Part shown: positions 1 through 14,775 of the stretch, in pieces
Layout: every line of letters begins with the position of its first letter
Position numbering within the stretch: position 1 is the stretch's first letter
Origin: the human T2T-CHM13v2.0 reference genome, Homo sapiens
Strand: one strand, 5' to 3'
Assembly (NCBI RefSeq): GCF_009914755.1
Contig: NC_060926.1
Length of the DNA stretch: 64,000 bases
The notes under the pieces: model-generated
Database searches by the model: none
The model's input: the letters and a program-made list of their open reading frames with translations, nothing else
Told to the model about the DNA's origin: nothing
Program-made: the position numbers and the translations under genes

Positions 1-234
1 AGGGGTACCATTTGTGGCCACGGAACAGAGGACAGATATTCACCAGGATTATGGTCTTGTGAACGCAGAATTCTAACTAGCTGAGCTCATCAGCCAGAGA
101 ATACACATTTGCCCTGGAAAGTGGTATTGATTATAATCATGGAAAGAAAAGGATGTTTGCTAAAAAGGAGAGAATGAATAATGATTACTGGATTCCATAA
201 AAGACTTTCAAAATCCAGTTCCATGCATAAGTAA

Positions 235-495
235 GTAGAGTATCCATTACATGCAGGGCAATGTGCTTAGGGGATATTGTGCAATGAATAAGACAGGGAA
301 GAAACTGTCTTTCCCTCAAGGAACTGACAGTCTCGTGGGGGAGAAACAGACTTGAGATCAACTAAGGCAGAATATGACAAGGGCCTTGGGGAGAGTCCTA
401 GCTTGTGATTTTGAAGGAGGGAGAGAGTAGATTTGGTTGGAGAGTCAAGAAAGATGTCAAGAAGTTGGGGCATTTGAAAGGGACTGTGTGAATAC
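235..495 (-). mobile_element. L2 LINE 3' fragment (degenerate)
   Basis: Pattern 'aatgaataagacaggg...tccctcaaggaactgacagtctcgtggggg' is typical of the antisense L2 3' end. Confidence 0.6.
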
Positions 496-880
496 ATTCA
501 AAATATTACATATGCATCACAGTGATTTATTCAATGTAGCTTATCTCTTGCTTTTCTAAAATTATTTTAAAAATCAATCAATAGCACATTATTACATCGT
601 CATAAAATGCAAAGTCAAATATAAAAGTTCCTTTGCCTACACTTCCCATTTCTACTCTTTTCCCAGAGATTAGCAGCTGTGTATGATTTCAAAACATTCT
701 CTATGCATTTACTTACATATATTTGTACTTGCACAAATATTTGAAAACAAAAAAACATACCTGATGTATAAAACGGCTCAGCACTTGCTTCTTAAAAATT
801 TAACAATTTTTAAAATCCCTTTGCATGTCGGTTTTTATATAACTATCTCCTTTTTATTGGCTGAGTTGTAGTCTGCAGAC

Positions 881-1092
881 CCACGCTGCCCCATATAGTA
901 TTCCTTAACTAGGTGGATCTATTTCCATTTAAAATAATTAAAATGAAATAAAGCTTAAAATTCAGTTTCTCCATTGCAATGACCACATTTCAAGTTCTAG
1001 GCAGCCACCTGTGGGTAGTGGCTACTGTACGGGACGGAGCAGACTGGGAGCATTTCTGTCACCTGTGGAAGCTCTGCTGCCCAGCACCGCTC
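881..1092 (-). mobile_element. MER3 (hAT-Charlie MITE) within old L1M fragments
   Basis: Matches MER3 reverse complement: 'aaattcagtttctccattgcaatgaccacatttcaagt...gccacctgtgggtagtggctactgta'. Confidence 0.8.
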
Positions 1093-2156
1093 TGCACTAC
1101 ACATGAGCCAACATTTCCTCAACCATTCTTTACTGAAGAACATTTAGACTCTTCCTTACTTTCCACTATCATAGATGCTACAATGAACATCCTTGAACAT
1201 CCATCTTTTGTGTACACGGGGGAGGGTTTCTGGAGAATAAATTTCCAGAATAGACACTTTAGAGTTACAATGTAAACACATCTAAATTTGGAAAGATAAT
1301 GTCAAATTTCCTCCTAAAACCGTGTAACAATTATATTACTCAGAGAATATTGGAATGCTCATTTTTTTCAGATGCTTACCAACCCTGGAGATTACAAATC
1401 TCTGCAACTTTAGCCACTCTGATGGACAAAAATAACATCTTTCTGTCTTTCCAATATGCATTTTTTTATTCTTAGTGAGTCTGAGCATTTTAAAATAATT
1501 TTTAATTACCAAAGGAAGTACACGAGTACATATTTTATTGTAAAATATTATAGTTGTGTGTATTAAAATAGAACAGTAGTAAAATGTGAGTTTTTCTTCA
1601 TCTTTCCAGCCCCCATCCCACCTTCACTTCCGAGCGATAACAACTATTATGACTTTGCTGTGTATTCCTCTTGCCCTTGGTCTAGGGGAATTTATAAATT
1701 TATAGCATGCTTGTACATACAAAATGTATTGTGGGTTTCATTTTTTTCCTCATAAAACTAATCATGGTGCATTTATTGTTCAATAATGTGCAGTTTTAAT
1801 TTAACAATATGTCTTGAAGAGATTTCTCATGCAGTACTAACAATTGCTAGCATTTATTGAGTGCTCACTATGTGCAATGAGTAAGCTTAACCTCCGCAGC
1901 CTAGCACCACCAGATGTGTCTGGGTTTTGCTCATTGCTCTTTGATAAGAGGAATCAAATCTTGGGGATCTCCCAAAGATCATGCCCAGGTCTCTGCCTGA
2001 AAGGATTTCCTACTGAAGGAAGCCATGTTCTCCTCATTTTTTGACCAATTATCTGCTTGGTGTGGCCACTGGCATGTGAATAAGATTTCAATCCTTGCCT
2101 GTACTGTCATGGTCTCTGATGCTGCTGGCAGAAGCAAAAGGGAGTTCACTGGAAAA

Positions 2157-2276
2157 GTGGAGGTTGCAGTGAGCCGAGATTGTGCCACTGCACTCCAGCC
2201 TGGGAGACAGAGTGAGACTCTGTCTCAAACAAAACAAAACAAAACAAAACAAAACAAAACAAAACAAAACAACAAA
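2157..2276 (+). mobile_element. 5'-truncated Alu (end of right arm) with (AAAAC)n tail
   Basis: 'ggaggttgcagtgagccgagattgtgccactgcactccagcctggg...ctctgtctc' followed by AAAAC repeats. Confidence 0.9.
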
Positions 2277-2448
2277 GCGTGGGTTCAGGGCAGACTCCTA
2301 ATGACCTCATCCCAGCCTCCCTCCAGTCCTATATCCCCAGGGTGTTGATGGATGTCTGTTGGAGGCCCCTTCTCCTTTCTACTGGAATATTCCATCTTTC
2401 TTAGAAGGAATTTACCAAAGAGGATGCTTTCATCTATAAATAAAATCA

Positions 2449-2728
2449 GCTGGGTGCGGTGGCTCACGCCTGTAATCCCAGCACTTTGGGGAGCCGAGGA
2501 GGATGGATGACTTGAGGTCAGGATTTCAAGATCAGCCTGGCCAACAGGGTAACACCCTGTCTTCACTAAAAATACAAAAGTTAGCCAGGCTTGATGGCGC
2601 ATGCCTGTAATCTCAGCTACTTGGGAGGCTTAGGCAGTAGAATCCTTTGAACCTGGGAGGCGGATGTTGCAGTGAGCCGAGATTGTGTCACCACACTCCA
2701 GCCTGGGTGACAGAACAAGACTCTGTCC
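2449..2728 (+). mobile_element. Alu (AluS-type), full length
   Basis: Both arms and the central A-rich linker are present. Confidence 0.95.
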
Positions 2729-2818
2729 AAAAAAAGGAAAGAAAGAAAGAAAAAAGAAAGGAAGGAAGAAAGAGAGGGAAAGAAACAGAGAGAGAAGGAA
2801 AGAAAGAAAGAAAGAAAG

Positions 2819-2869
<51 letters not shown>

Positions 2870-3020
2870 AAAGAAAAAAGAAAGAAAGAAAAGAAAGAAA
2901 GGAGAGAGGGAGGGAGGGGAGCAAGGAAGGAAGGAGAGAGAGAGAAAGAAAGAGAAAGAGAAGGAAAGAAAGAAAGAAAAAAGAAAGAAAGAAAGAAAGA
3001 AAAAAGAAAGAAAAAGAAAA
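2729..3020 (+). repeat. Complex (GAAA)n/(GGAA)n/(GA)n homopurine microsatellite expanded from the Alu tail
   Basis: About 290 bp of almost pure purine. Confidence 0.97.
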
Positions 3021-3552
3021 TCCACTCAAACTGACAAACAATCAAAGGCAAAAGTCTTGCCTCCTGTAACCACGAAGCCCAGCAATACAGGTAATTCAGC
3101 CTGGTGTGATCAGAGCTCCAGATGCATTTCCCTGATGCTTCACTTTTCCCTCCTTGCATCAGGTTCACTGTCAGGCTGATGTCCCCGGTGTTGGCTGAAC
3201 AGTTTCCGCAGCACTATGCTTTGCATCATTGCGCCTTAGCAGTTGAGATGGAAAAAGACTTCTCTCTCCTGGACCATCAATACAAGTCTTGGCTTCCCTT
3301 TTAAGAGACCAGCTGGAGTCATTCATCTACTCCTAAACTAATCAGTGTTACTAATCACTAATTAATGATTCATGACACATTGATTTCTGTATCAATCACT
3401 GTGACAAAGAGGATGAAACTGTATCAACTGTCTTAATAAAAATAACCAGGTGTGTGTGGGAATGGTACCACCCAAACCAGAGGGCTCCTCCCCAGTGGTG
3501 GGCTGGATGTTTGGGAGGCAACCATGAGGATCACCTCTCAAATTCTCATTCC

Positions 3553-3948
3553 ATGTGTTGGGTACTACATCGTATAGCATCCCCCCAAAAATCACATGTC
3601 TATAAATATGATCTTATTTGGAAATAGGGTCTTTGTACATATAATCAAGTTAAAATGAGGTTATAATGGATTAGGATGGGCCCTAACCCAATGACTGGTG
3701 TCCTTACAAGAAGAAGGAAATTGGAGACAGACACACAGAGAGAATGCCATGTGACGATGGAGGCAGAGATTTGAGTGATGCATCTACAAGCCAAGGAGCA
3801 GCAAGGACTGCCGGCAACACCAGAGGCCAGGAGAGAAGCACAGAATGAATTCTCCCTTGGAGCCTCCAGACTGTGAAAGGATACATTTTGGATGTTTTCA
3901 GCAGTCCAGTTTGTGGTGCTTAGTTATGGCAGCTGTCGGAAATGAACA
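3553..3948 (+). mobile_element. MLT1 (MLT1B/C-like) MaLR solo LTR
   Basis: 'cttatttggaaatagggtctttg...atgactggtgtcctt...ttgtggtgcttagttatggcagc'. Confidence 0.85.
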
Positions 3949-5907
3949 TGTGCTACAACCGGGAGACTGAGTCCTGCACAGGTCTGGAAACCCTCTGTTT
4001 TCCAACATGAAAAGGAACCTATTCTTGATTTCTAATAAGTATGCAGATTTGTCCCATTTATGTGCTTTGATGGACATTTTTAGAATTGGGAACTGTAGAG
4101 CTGGAAGCAGATTTGGAACCTATTGTCCTTTATTTCTGTGAGTCTTTTGCTCTGGAAAAATGCATTCAAAGAAAACAAAGATGGAAAATGTTGATTGCAA
4201 TGCTCACAGGATGGCTTCCTTTCCCTTGAAGTTGTGACATGTTTCTGTGCCTGTGTCCATGCATGTGTGGTTATGTGAAGGTGTGAGAAAGGGAGAGGTT
4301 GGCAGTGGAAGGAATGGAAAGGAGATATACTGATAAAGAGAGAGAAAAGAAATAGAGACACATTTTATCTGAAGGAATTTATGTATTGATAATAAAAATG
4401 GCTGTGGATATTGCTCCAATCTGTGCAACAGCTTTGGAATTCTTTGCTATATTACTTAGAATACAAATTTAGATATCCTTCTCTCACGTAAACCTAATTT
4501 ATATCCAGAGAAACAATATACAGAAACATGTGCTCTGTTTTTCTTTTAGCTAGTCATACGGAAAGTCATTCTTCAAAGTTCTTGACAAATAGGGAGTTTT
4601 AGATTTAAGCTAATATGAAGTTTATCAACCTTCCAAAGGAATTCACAATAGCAGGATGTAAATTTCAGGCATATAGTTTTTACAAAGGAATATAGATATT
4701 TTTCAATAGATTTTCCTGGACTATAAACACAACAGGGTTCACCTAGGTTTCTATAAGATTTTACCAATATGGCAAAGCAAGGACCATAGGAAACTCTTGA
4801 TGGTCATATTGGGGGGGAAGAGTTATAATAAAGAGTTGATCCAAATTAAAGATTACATTAATTAAACAAAGGTTTCTGTTTCATTTTAATTGCAGAGGCG
4901 ACATCATGCAGTGACTAGCCTTTCCAATGAAGGAGGAAATGAGATATGTTGTTACATACATAAAATTCATAATCAGTTGGGCAAAGGAATTCTAACGAGT
5001 TTTTAAATATGCTCTGTTTATGAAGGCATGGGCATATTATTAACTGACACTTGAGATATTGCCGAAAAGAAAATTGTATACAATGACAAAATGATTATTT
5101 GTTCTATGAGAAAGGGACAGTGACTATGGTGGTCACAGCCGTATACCCCTAGCATTGTCCCTGGTGCACAGTGGATGCTCAGTATATAGTTGCTCAATCA
5201 ATAAATTAACACAACTTTTTAAAAAGTCCATTATTTATTGTATCTAAGAGACTGCCTGGCAGGAAATTGAAATTATACACATGGCTTCAGAATTTCTATA
5301 GTTGCCATTCAATCAAGATATCTTGGTGGAGTCCCTATTGTAAGGGCAGGCTCCATAAACACATGTCCTGTCCTCATGGGGCTTGCAGACTGAGGGAGGA
5401 GACAGGCATCAATTATCTCATTACACAAACGATGTGAAATTAACTACTAAGGAGCGATACGCAATGCCACAGATGTCCACGGCAGGGCTATGACCTGATC
5501 AGAGAGGTCTGGAAGGCTCCCCAGAGGGCTACATCACCTTTGCCACCACTGCCATCTGGAGCGTAAACTGAGTTCCAGAACTGAGTGCATGAAAGGAACA
5601 CAGACGGGGTGATCCCAGAGTGAGCTGATGGGTTGTGGTTAAATAATTTCAGCCACACACAGGTTGTCTGGATAATATAAGTTGGCATTTATAACATAAT
5701 ATAATAAGATAAATAAGAATACAGTATAATATTATTAATTAATAAATGTGGCTTTTCTAAAAGCATCTCTTTTTTGTATTTTTAGTAATATTTCTAGGAG
5801 ATTTACAAATCTCTATTATTTTTTGATAGCTCATCTAAGTGCTCCTTACTTCTTCATGCTCCATATTTTAAGTAGATGATTCTTCTACATATTTTTGTTA
5901 AGCTGAC

Positions 5908-6278
5908 TGATATGGTTTGGCTGTGTCCCCACCCAAGTCTCATCTTGAATTGTGGCTCCCACAATTCCCACATGTCATGGGAGGGACCCAGTCGGAGGTA
6001 ATTGAATCATGGGGGTGGGTCTTTCCCATGCTGTTCTCGTGATAGTGAATAAGTCTCATGAGATCTGATGGTTCTGTAAAAAGGAGTTCCCCTGCACAAG
6101 TTCTCTCTCTTTGCCTGCCACCATCCATGTAAGACATGACTGGCTCCTCCTTGCCTTCCGCCATGATTGTGAGGCCTCCCCAGTCATGTAGAACTGTAAG
6201 TCAATTAAACCCCTTTCCTTTCTAAATTACCCAGTCTCAGATATGTCTTTATCAGCAGCATGAAAATGGACTAATACA
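5908..6278 (+). mobile_element. THE1A/THE1B solo LTR with 5-bp TSD CTGAC
   Basis: Starts TGATATGGTTTGGCTGTGTCCCC and ends GGACTAATACA; CTGAC at 5903-5907 and 6279-6283. Confidence 0.95.
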
Positions 6279-6439
6279 CTGACTTTTACATTTTTCTGAT
6301 TACAGGAGTGGCAGGTGTCTTTGGCACTTACTCTCAACTTGTTGCCATCTCTCCATCTCCATGGCCACCATCCTGACTGAGCCAAGCTGCCCTTCCACTC
6401 ACTGTCAGTTACCTGACTTGGTTTTATTTTTAGCAGAGC

Positions 6440-6625
6440 ACTTATGCTGCCTTTTGTTTTCGTGGTTTTTTTTATTTGTATGTTTATTGACGGTTTCTAT
6501 CCCTGGGACATAAGCTGTGTAAAGGCAGGGATTTGTCTGTCTGGTCCATTGCTGCATCCCAGGTATAGAGAACAGTGCTTGGTACCTGGTAGGTATCAAA
6601 AATATTTAAGATATGAATTGATAAA
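6440..6625 (+). mobile_element. L2 3' end
   Basis: 'aggcagggatttgtctg...gtgcttggtacctggtaggtatcaaaaatattt'. Confidence 0.7.
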
Positions 6626-6951
6626 ATAGATTTCAGACATAGAGCAAAGAAAAAAGAAAATGCCACTTTCTTTACAAACAAAATAATTTGGCAGCATTTC
6701 CTTTAGTACATGGGAGTGACTGTTTAAGGCAGTGAGCATGTTCCACTCCTAACCTCCCACCTCCATCTCCTTCTCTCTTCCCACTTCTACCAGATTCAGG
6801 AAACCACAGAGCAGACACGGAGGTGGGCTCTTTCTTGGTGGTGGATTGCACCTGGGGAGTTGCAGTTCACATGAGTATAGCAAAGGACTCTGCCAGTCCT
6901 GCATCATATGAGACTTGTTTTTCCTACATTCTGTTGTCTCGGAACATCAAA

Positions 6952-7155
6952 GGTAGTGTTGTGCTCATAAATGATTAACAATTGGCTTTGGGAGTGGGAA
7001 AAAACACCTGACTTGTAGTATTTGCCAATTTCTGTAGTGTTACTACTACTACCATAGCTAATTTCAAGGTACCAATTCACTGCACATGGAGCCAGGCAGA
7101 TTTGCACAAAATCAGGTCTCATAAACTTGTACAAGTTGCCTCCAGCACATCACTG
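6952..7155 (+). mobile_element. MER63A-like hAT DNA transposon fossil
   Basis: 'tgtgctcataaatgattaacaattggct...atttcaaggtaccaa...tccagcacatcactg' terminus. Confidence 0.7.
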
Positions 7156-8259
7156 AAAAAGCAAAGGCCCTCTGGGGTCTCACAAACTCAGGATTCCAGG
7201 TGGCTTGTGTGTTGTGTGGTTGTGACTCTCCTTTCAGGCACACAGGTGTGTTCTGTAGTTTTGTCAGTTTCTGATGGAACAGTCATTCTTCCTGGCTGGT
7301 GGAAGCATTAACTTGGGTCTTTCATCCCCCTTCTCAGGGTCTTGTCAAGGCTATTACAGGGTCTTACCAAGGCATAGTGAGGGAAGGGATACTTCTGATC
7401 CTTGGTCTAAGGAAACATACAAAAACTCCACATCTTCCATTTGTTTTCTCAACTCACATGGACTCTCTTGTCAGTCTTGATGACTATTTTAAAAAATGAC
7501 CATTCTGTTCTAATCATTGCTAATAATGCCCAAGCTATATGTGGTTGTGCCATGAGAACAGCTAAACAAAAAGACTGTTTCTTTTCACTCTAAAAAAAGC
7601 ATGAGTGCATAGAACAACATAATAGCCATTTTCACTGCCAGAAACTAGGGTGGTGAGATTCTGCATCTTCAAAACTCATAATGATGGGACTGAATCTTTG
7701 GATATTTTTTTGATGAGAACAGTCAATACATCACCAAGAAGCAGCTTTTCTGTGATGAGCCTGCAATTTCTTTATAAGCAGGGAAAAATAGACTTGAATG
7801 TCATTATGCACAATTTTGAATGTACCACATGATCATAATAACTTTAAAACAAAAAATGAATAGAAAAAAGATTTGAAGAAAATGCACCCAACTGTTAACT
7901 GTGCATGTCTCGGATGATAAAAATATTTGCATTTTCTTCCACTTTTTAAAGTTTCTCTACTTTAAAAAAAACCTGAGTATTACTTTGATAACAGAAAAAA
8001 AAATGTTCTTTTAACTGGTAAAAGCCAGAGAGCAAGCAAAGAAATAAATCATGTTTTTAACACTACCAGTGAAACGAAGAGAAGCCCCTGGGGAGGAGGG
8101 CAGATGCTTCCTTAAACTACGTCTGGGGCAGGTGGAAGTCTTAGCCTGGCATGGAAGATAGGAAGAGGCAGCAGCAAGAGGATGGCTTAGAGAACAGCTT
8201 CTCAAATCCTGCTAGCATACCCTTGGCACAGTCACTATCTGCCACTTTACTGCAGACAT

Positions 8260-8876
8260 TGTAACCACTGCCTGGGCCATTGCTTCCAGCGTTGACCGGA
8301 ATAAAGGTTCGAGGGATTTAGGGGCTAACCAAGGAAAAAGATATAACCACATGGGGCAGTAGCACACACAAGCTTTGTCTGGGGATACTTTGACAACTTT
8401 GCATGTGGAGAATGCCCCTCACAGCAGGATTTTGCAGAGTCACTACTTGCAAGGGGAGGGAAGCAAGGGACTCCTAGCCCAGAGGGGGACGGAAGAGGGG
8501 GCCTCCATGTCTAGGTGATGCTGCTCAGCAGCACAGCAGATCCTCTGGGTCAGAGAACTCTGAAAAGCAGTATGGGTCTACAGCCATAACACCCTGAACG
8601 TGCCTGATCTCGTCTGAAAAGCAGTATAGGCTCATGGCCTTGTAACTCTATCAATAAAGAACAAGTTCTGGTGAGGTTCCACAGGATATGCATGCAGGCA
8701 GGTTCTACATGGCTAAAAATTTGCTTGCCTGGGCTATTTTTAAAGTAATTGGATGTGTACAAATCTGAGTTTGGCACCAACAAGTTTTTGAGCTAACGGG
8801 TCTCAGCCTGCAGTGAAGAAATAAACAAACTTGAGGCCAACACACAGAGGCCATCTTTGGCTGATTTTGTATAAGG
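8260..8876 (-). mobile_element. ERVL-type solo LTR (MER54-like), hosting the 5S fragment
   Basis: Reverse complement begins 'ttatacaaaatcagccaaagatggcctctgtgtgttggcc...ggctgagacccgttagctcaaaaa'; family assigned from memory. Confidence 0.5.
8576..8617 (+). pseudogene. 3'-truncated, tail-less 5S rRNA retropseudogene (nt 1-42)
   Basis: GTCTACAGCCATAACACCCTGAACGTGCCTGATCTCGTCTGA matches 38 of the first 42 nt of human 5S (3 of 4 differences at CpG); direct repeat TCTGAAAAGCAGTAT at 8559-8573 and 8613-8627. Confidence 0.92.
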
Positions 8877-9189
8877 ATAGGATACCATGGGGCAAGGCAA
8901 AATTCCTGCTGGGTGGGTGCTGAGGAGACTGATTGGAACAGGTGGCAGCTGCCCAGCCTCTCTTGGTCAGTCCCGTCTTCATACCCTCCTCCAAGTCAAC
9001 AAATTTGATCAATTTTAACCCCAGGGACTGCCCCTTCCGCTGCTTCTTCCTGACCAGAAGAGAAAACGAACGTTGTGGTGGCAACAGGCAGGATGCCACT
9101 GCCTGGGCAGCTCAGGACTGTCCACTCTGAAGTCAGTCCTTATCTCTCCGTAAGTTGATTGGGTCATGAAGGCTTGGCCTTTGGTATTT

Positions 9190-10880
9190 GCAACAATATG
9201 TTGTCTACAAAAGACCCTTAAGTGAAAAGGATACATAATGCTTGAAAATGAAAGAATTATAAAAAATTAAGCAGTTCATTACAAGCCAGAACAAAGCTGA
9301 AGTAAAAACTTCAATATCTGATAAAATGGATTTAAGTTAAAAACATTATAAGGAGCAAAGAAGGATGTTTTTCATTTGTATGTTTGTAACAGGTTCAAAA
9401 GAATGAAAAGTATATCTCTCTCACAAACTTATAGGCATCAAACAACACAACCTCAAAATCTAAGATGCAAAAATTGATGAAATGGCAGAGAAATAGGCAA
9501 ATCAACTGTATGAGACAGTTTAACTCATCTTTCCCTGAAACAGATTAATCAAGCAACATTTTCAGAAATAACCCTGATAAGCAGAAATACAAAGACTTTC
9601 ACAATACCATTGATAAACTGGAGATGCTAGATATGTATAGAACTCAGTATCAAATAAACAAAAGAACTGCATGTGCTTTTCAACTAAATCTGAAAAACTT
9701 ATCAGAAAACTACACACAGTCCAGCATAAAGGGAGTTCTAAGGGATGAACATTTACATACTCTGTTCTCCAACTACAACACAACAAAGTTAGAAATTAAC
9801 ATCAAAAGGCTGGTTTTTAAATCCCATATCTTTGGAAACTAAATAACATATTACTAAACAGCCTATGGGTTAAGAAGTAAATAGTAAATTAAGACATATT
9901 TAAAACTGAATGATAATGAAAACATTTCATGTCAAAATTTTGAGACATATCTAAAGTTGTGTCCAAAGATGACACTCATCAATTTATATTTATCAGAAAA
10001 TAAGAACGTTAAAAATAAATTGATGAAGTTTTAATCTCAACACGTTAATAAAAGACCAATAGAGCAAATCCAAATAAACAAGATAGAAAGGTAGAATACA
10101 GACAAGGGCAGAAATCCAGCAGAGAAACAACAACAGAAAAATAACAGAGAAATTAATAGAACCAAAAGCTCGTTCTTTGGAATGATTATTAAAAATAAAT
10201 AAGTTGCTGGCAAGGCTGATACAGAAAGAGAAAGAGAGAGTGAAAGAGAAAGGAGAGGGAGGGAGAGGAGGTAAATAACCAAAATAAATAATAAAAATAA
10301 GTAACTACAGTCTAACAATAAGCTTTTTATTGTGGGCATGTGTACATTTAATGTGAAAAGCTGCAGGAGTCAATCCCAGAAAAAATTAAAATGCCAAACT
10401 GGAAAAAGAAAAAATACAACATGAATAGACTGGTAATATTTAAAAAGTTGAAATTGTCAGTGAAGACCTTCCCTCTTCCCCAGAACTCAAATCTAGATGG
10501 TTTCACACGGGAATCCTGACAAACTTTCAGAGAATAGTTAATTTCTGTTTCACACAAGTTGTTTTAGAAAGTAGAAGGAATAGGCTACTGCTCATTGTGT
10601 AAATCATCTACAATCTTGATTCTAAAATTAGATAAGGATAGCTCCCGAAATGAAAACCATAGGCCCGTTATATATTTGAATGTAGGAGAAAACCGCCCAA
10701 ATAAATTGTCAGCTACCCAAATCCAACAGCACATCTCATTCATTGTGATAAAGAGGGTTGCTCTGATACAAGGACACTTCAAATCAGAAAATGAATCCGT
10801 GTAACTCACCACATTCATACATTCAAAGAGGAAAATCACACAATTATCTCTAATGTGCTGAAAAAGCCTTTGTTAAGATG
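9190..10880 (+). mobile_element. Ancient L1M ORF2 (endonuclease to RT region), degraded; continues at about 12985-13350
   Basis: A-rich L1 ORF2-like motifs: 'caacaatatgttgtctacaaaagac', 'aatctagatggtttcacacgggaatcctgacaaac', 'caattatctctaatgtgctgaaaaagcctttg'. Confidence 0.8.
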
Positions 10881-11291
10881 CAACTCTAGCAAACCTGGAA
10901 GAGCAAGGAACATCGTTACTGGCAACCTTGCACGTAGCCACTTGGCCACGCAGGCAAAGGCTTGAACTGCAGCTGAATCTGAGTCTTGGCAAAATGCCTT
11001 GTATTCCTCCCAGAACACAAGAGGATGAGAGGCTGGTGAGGAGCTGCTATAAGGCCATTGCCCTCCCACTGCCCTGTCTCCCCTGGGAGGCTGTCAAGAG
11101 ACAGTGTCTCATGGTTTCCTGGGGTCTCTGGGTCCTAATGAGGTCTGGGGCTTCTGGTCTCACCCCCTGCCCCTCCCATGCCTCCTACAGAACTGCAGAT
11201 GATAAACCACTCAGCTGTGGTCTAGGCTTTGCTCCTCACCAATGAGGTATACCATAACTTCATTGCAGTCATTGACCTTTTCTGTTTTCTT

Positions 11292-12917
<1,626 letters not shown>

Positions 12918-14775
12918 TAAGTAATCAACTGTCCAAATATAAAAGTGGCTCATTTTGTCATCACCAGTTGAATCAGTAAAACTTCAAAAGCAAAGCCAGA
13001 AGGTGAAATGTGATTAATTTGATTACATTAGCATTGATAATTTCCATTCATCAAAGAACAATGTAAACGAAATCATTGAGAAATCACAGAATAGGAGATG
13101 ATTCTTGCTGTACCTATGATAAACAGGAGATTGCTATCTAGAGCACACAGAACTCCTGCAAAACGATAAGGAAATGATAGCATCCCAGTAGAAAAAAAAA
13201 TGGGCAAAGGACAATAATGAATAAGCACGTTAGAGAAAAAGCCCAAGAAACTTCAAAGAGTGCAAAGACAGGCTCAGAATCATTAGTAATCAGATAACTG
13301 AAAGTTAACACTGTAATGACGTATCGTTCTTTGCTTTTAGACTGGCAAGCTCACTCCTGCAAGCTCTCTTGAGAAAGTGTCCATTGCTCATTACGGGGTG
13401 TGCATTGTCATAGTGATGGTAGGGGCAGGGAGAGCTAATCTGAGAGAAGACTGTGAAAGATCCCACATCGTAAAAAGGGACATTGTCTACAATTTAAATG
13501 TGCCAACATTTACTTCTTCAAGCTGGGTTTGAGATATTTTATTACCTACTCCCTACATTACAGCTTCCCAAGAATCTGCAAGCCCAATGGGGCTAAGATT
13601 TTATTACAGAATCTAGGCATTTCAGAGCCATTATAATGATAAGAGTTCCTGATATTGAAACAAATGATATTATTTAAAACAAAAACTTTTATTAATACTT
13701 TTACAATTTTTGTGACAGAATAGTTCAAAAGCCCCTAAGCATGAATGAGTGCATTATTCAGGGAGTTTTGTGGGGACAAGTGAACACAACTAACTGAAAT
13801 ATCATATATTTGATCTAGATTTTAAAGGATAAATAACTGCAAAAGGGTAAAAGCCTGGGGTCATTATAAAAGCATTCTGGAAACTAGAAGTTTAGCGTGA
13901 CTGGGTAGAGATGGAGGGAAAGGTAGGACAGGAGTCTGGAGAGGTACGCAGGGGTGTGAGCTGCCTCTGTGGACAGAGGTGAGCCCTAACACCTCAAAGA
14001 AAGGAAATGGCCCCATAGGATTTGTTTTTGAGGTGGAAAATGCTGGTGGTAAAATGAAGAAAGAGCTAGAAAGAAAGAGGAGAGATAATGGAGGGAGGCT
14101 ATTGAAGGGAGTCAGGCTGAAAACGCAATGGTAGAACTCAGCATCTCAGAAAGACAAACACAAAACCAGCATGGCGGCCGGGATTGTGGGCCAAGTCTGG
14201 TCGGGGGCAGGGAGTCGTTCTCCTGGGCATTTCCTTACTAGTGAGGTAAGGGGGCTCTGGATCCCTGGAAGCCTGGCATTCCCAGACTCCAGGATTCACT
14301 TCCTTTCCCTCCCCAGACCCTGCCTTCCCCCAGCTGCCCCCTGACCTAAGGCTCTTCCCCTTCCCCTTGCCATTTTCTGGTCCTCTGACTTATCCCTTTT
14401 CTGAGAATCACTGAATTTGAAGCTAAAGTGGCTCCACAGATCACTCATAATCTCATGGTTGTTTGAAGGACCAAATTGCTCAAGGGATCAATCGAAAGAG
14501 AAGACAGAAAATAACTCTGACCTTGGCCCACAATCTTTGCCTCTCATTCAATCACCAGTGACTTTTCTGTTAGATGTGTTCTCAATAATCATCCTTATAT
14601 TGAAGGCATTTGTAGAAAGGTGGAAGAGAGTTTTAGTTAGTCAGCATATCACATTTCACGTTGATAAACTGGTTTGTGTAGTACCCTGTTTCCTATTTGC
14701 AAAGAGATGCAGTAATTCATCAGCATCCTATGCCCTTACTCCTCCTTAGGGATTACTGAACTCAGGCAAAGGTGG

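Noticed and set aside
2617-3179. Several overlapping ORFs of 117-183 aa (K/E/R-rich or F/S/L-rich)
   Set aside because: Translations of the GAAA microsatellite and the Alu; no stop codons arise in such repeats
8576-8617. Functional 5S rRNA gene
   Set aside because: Only 42 of about 120 nt, lacking the internal promoter and terminator
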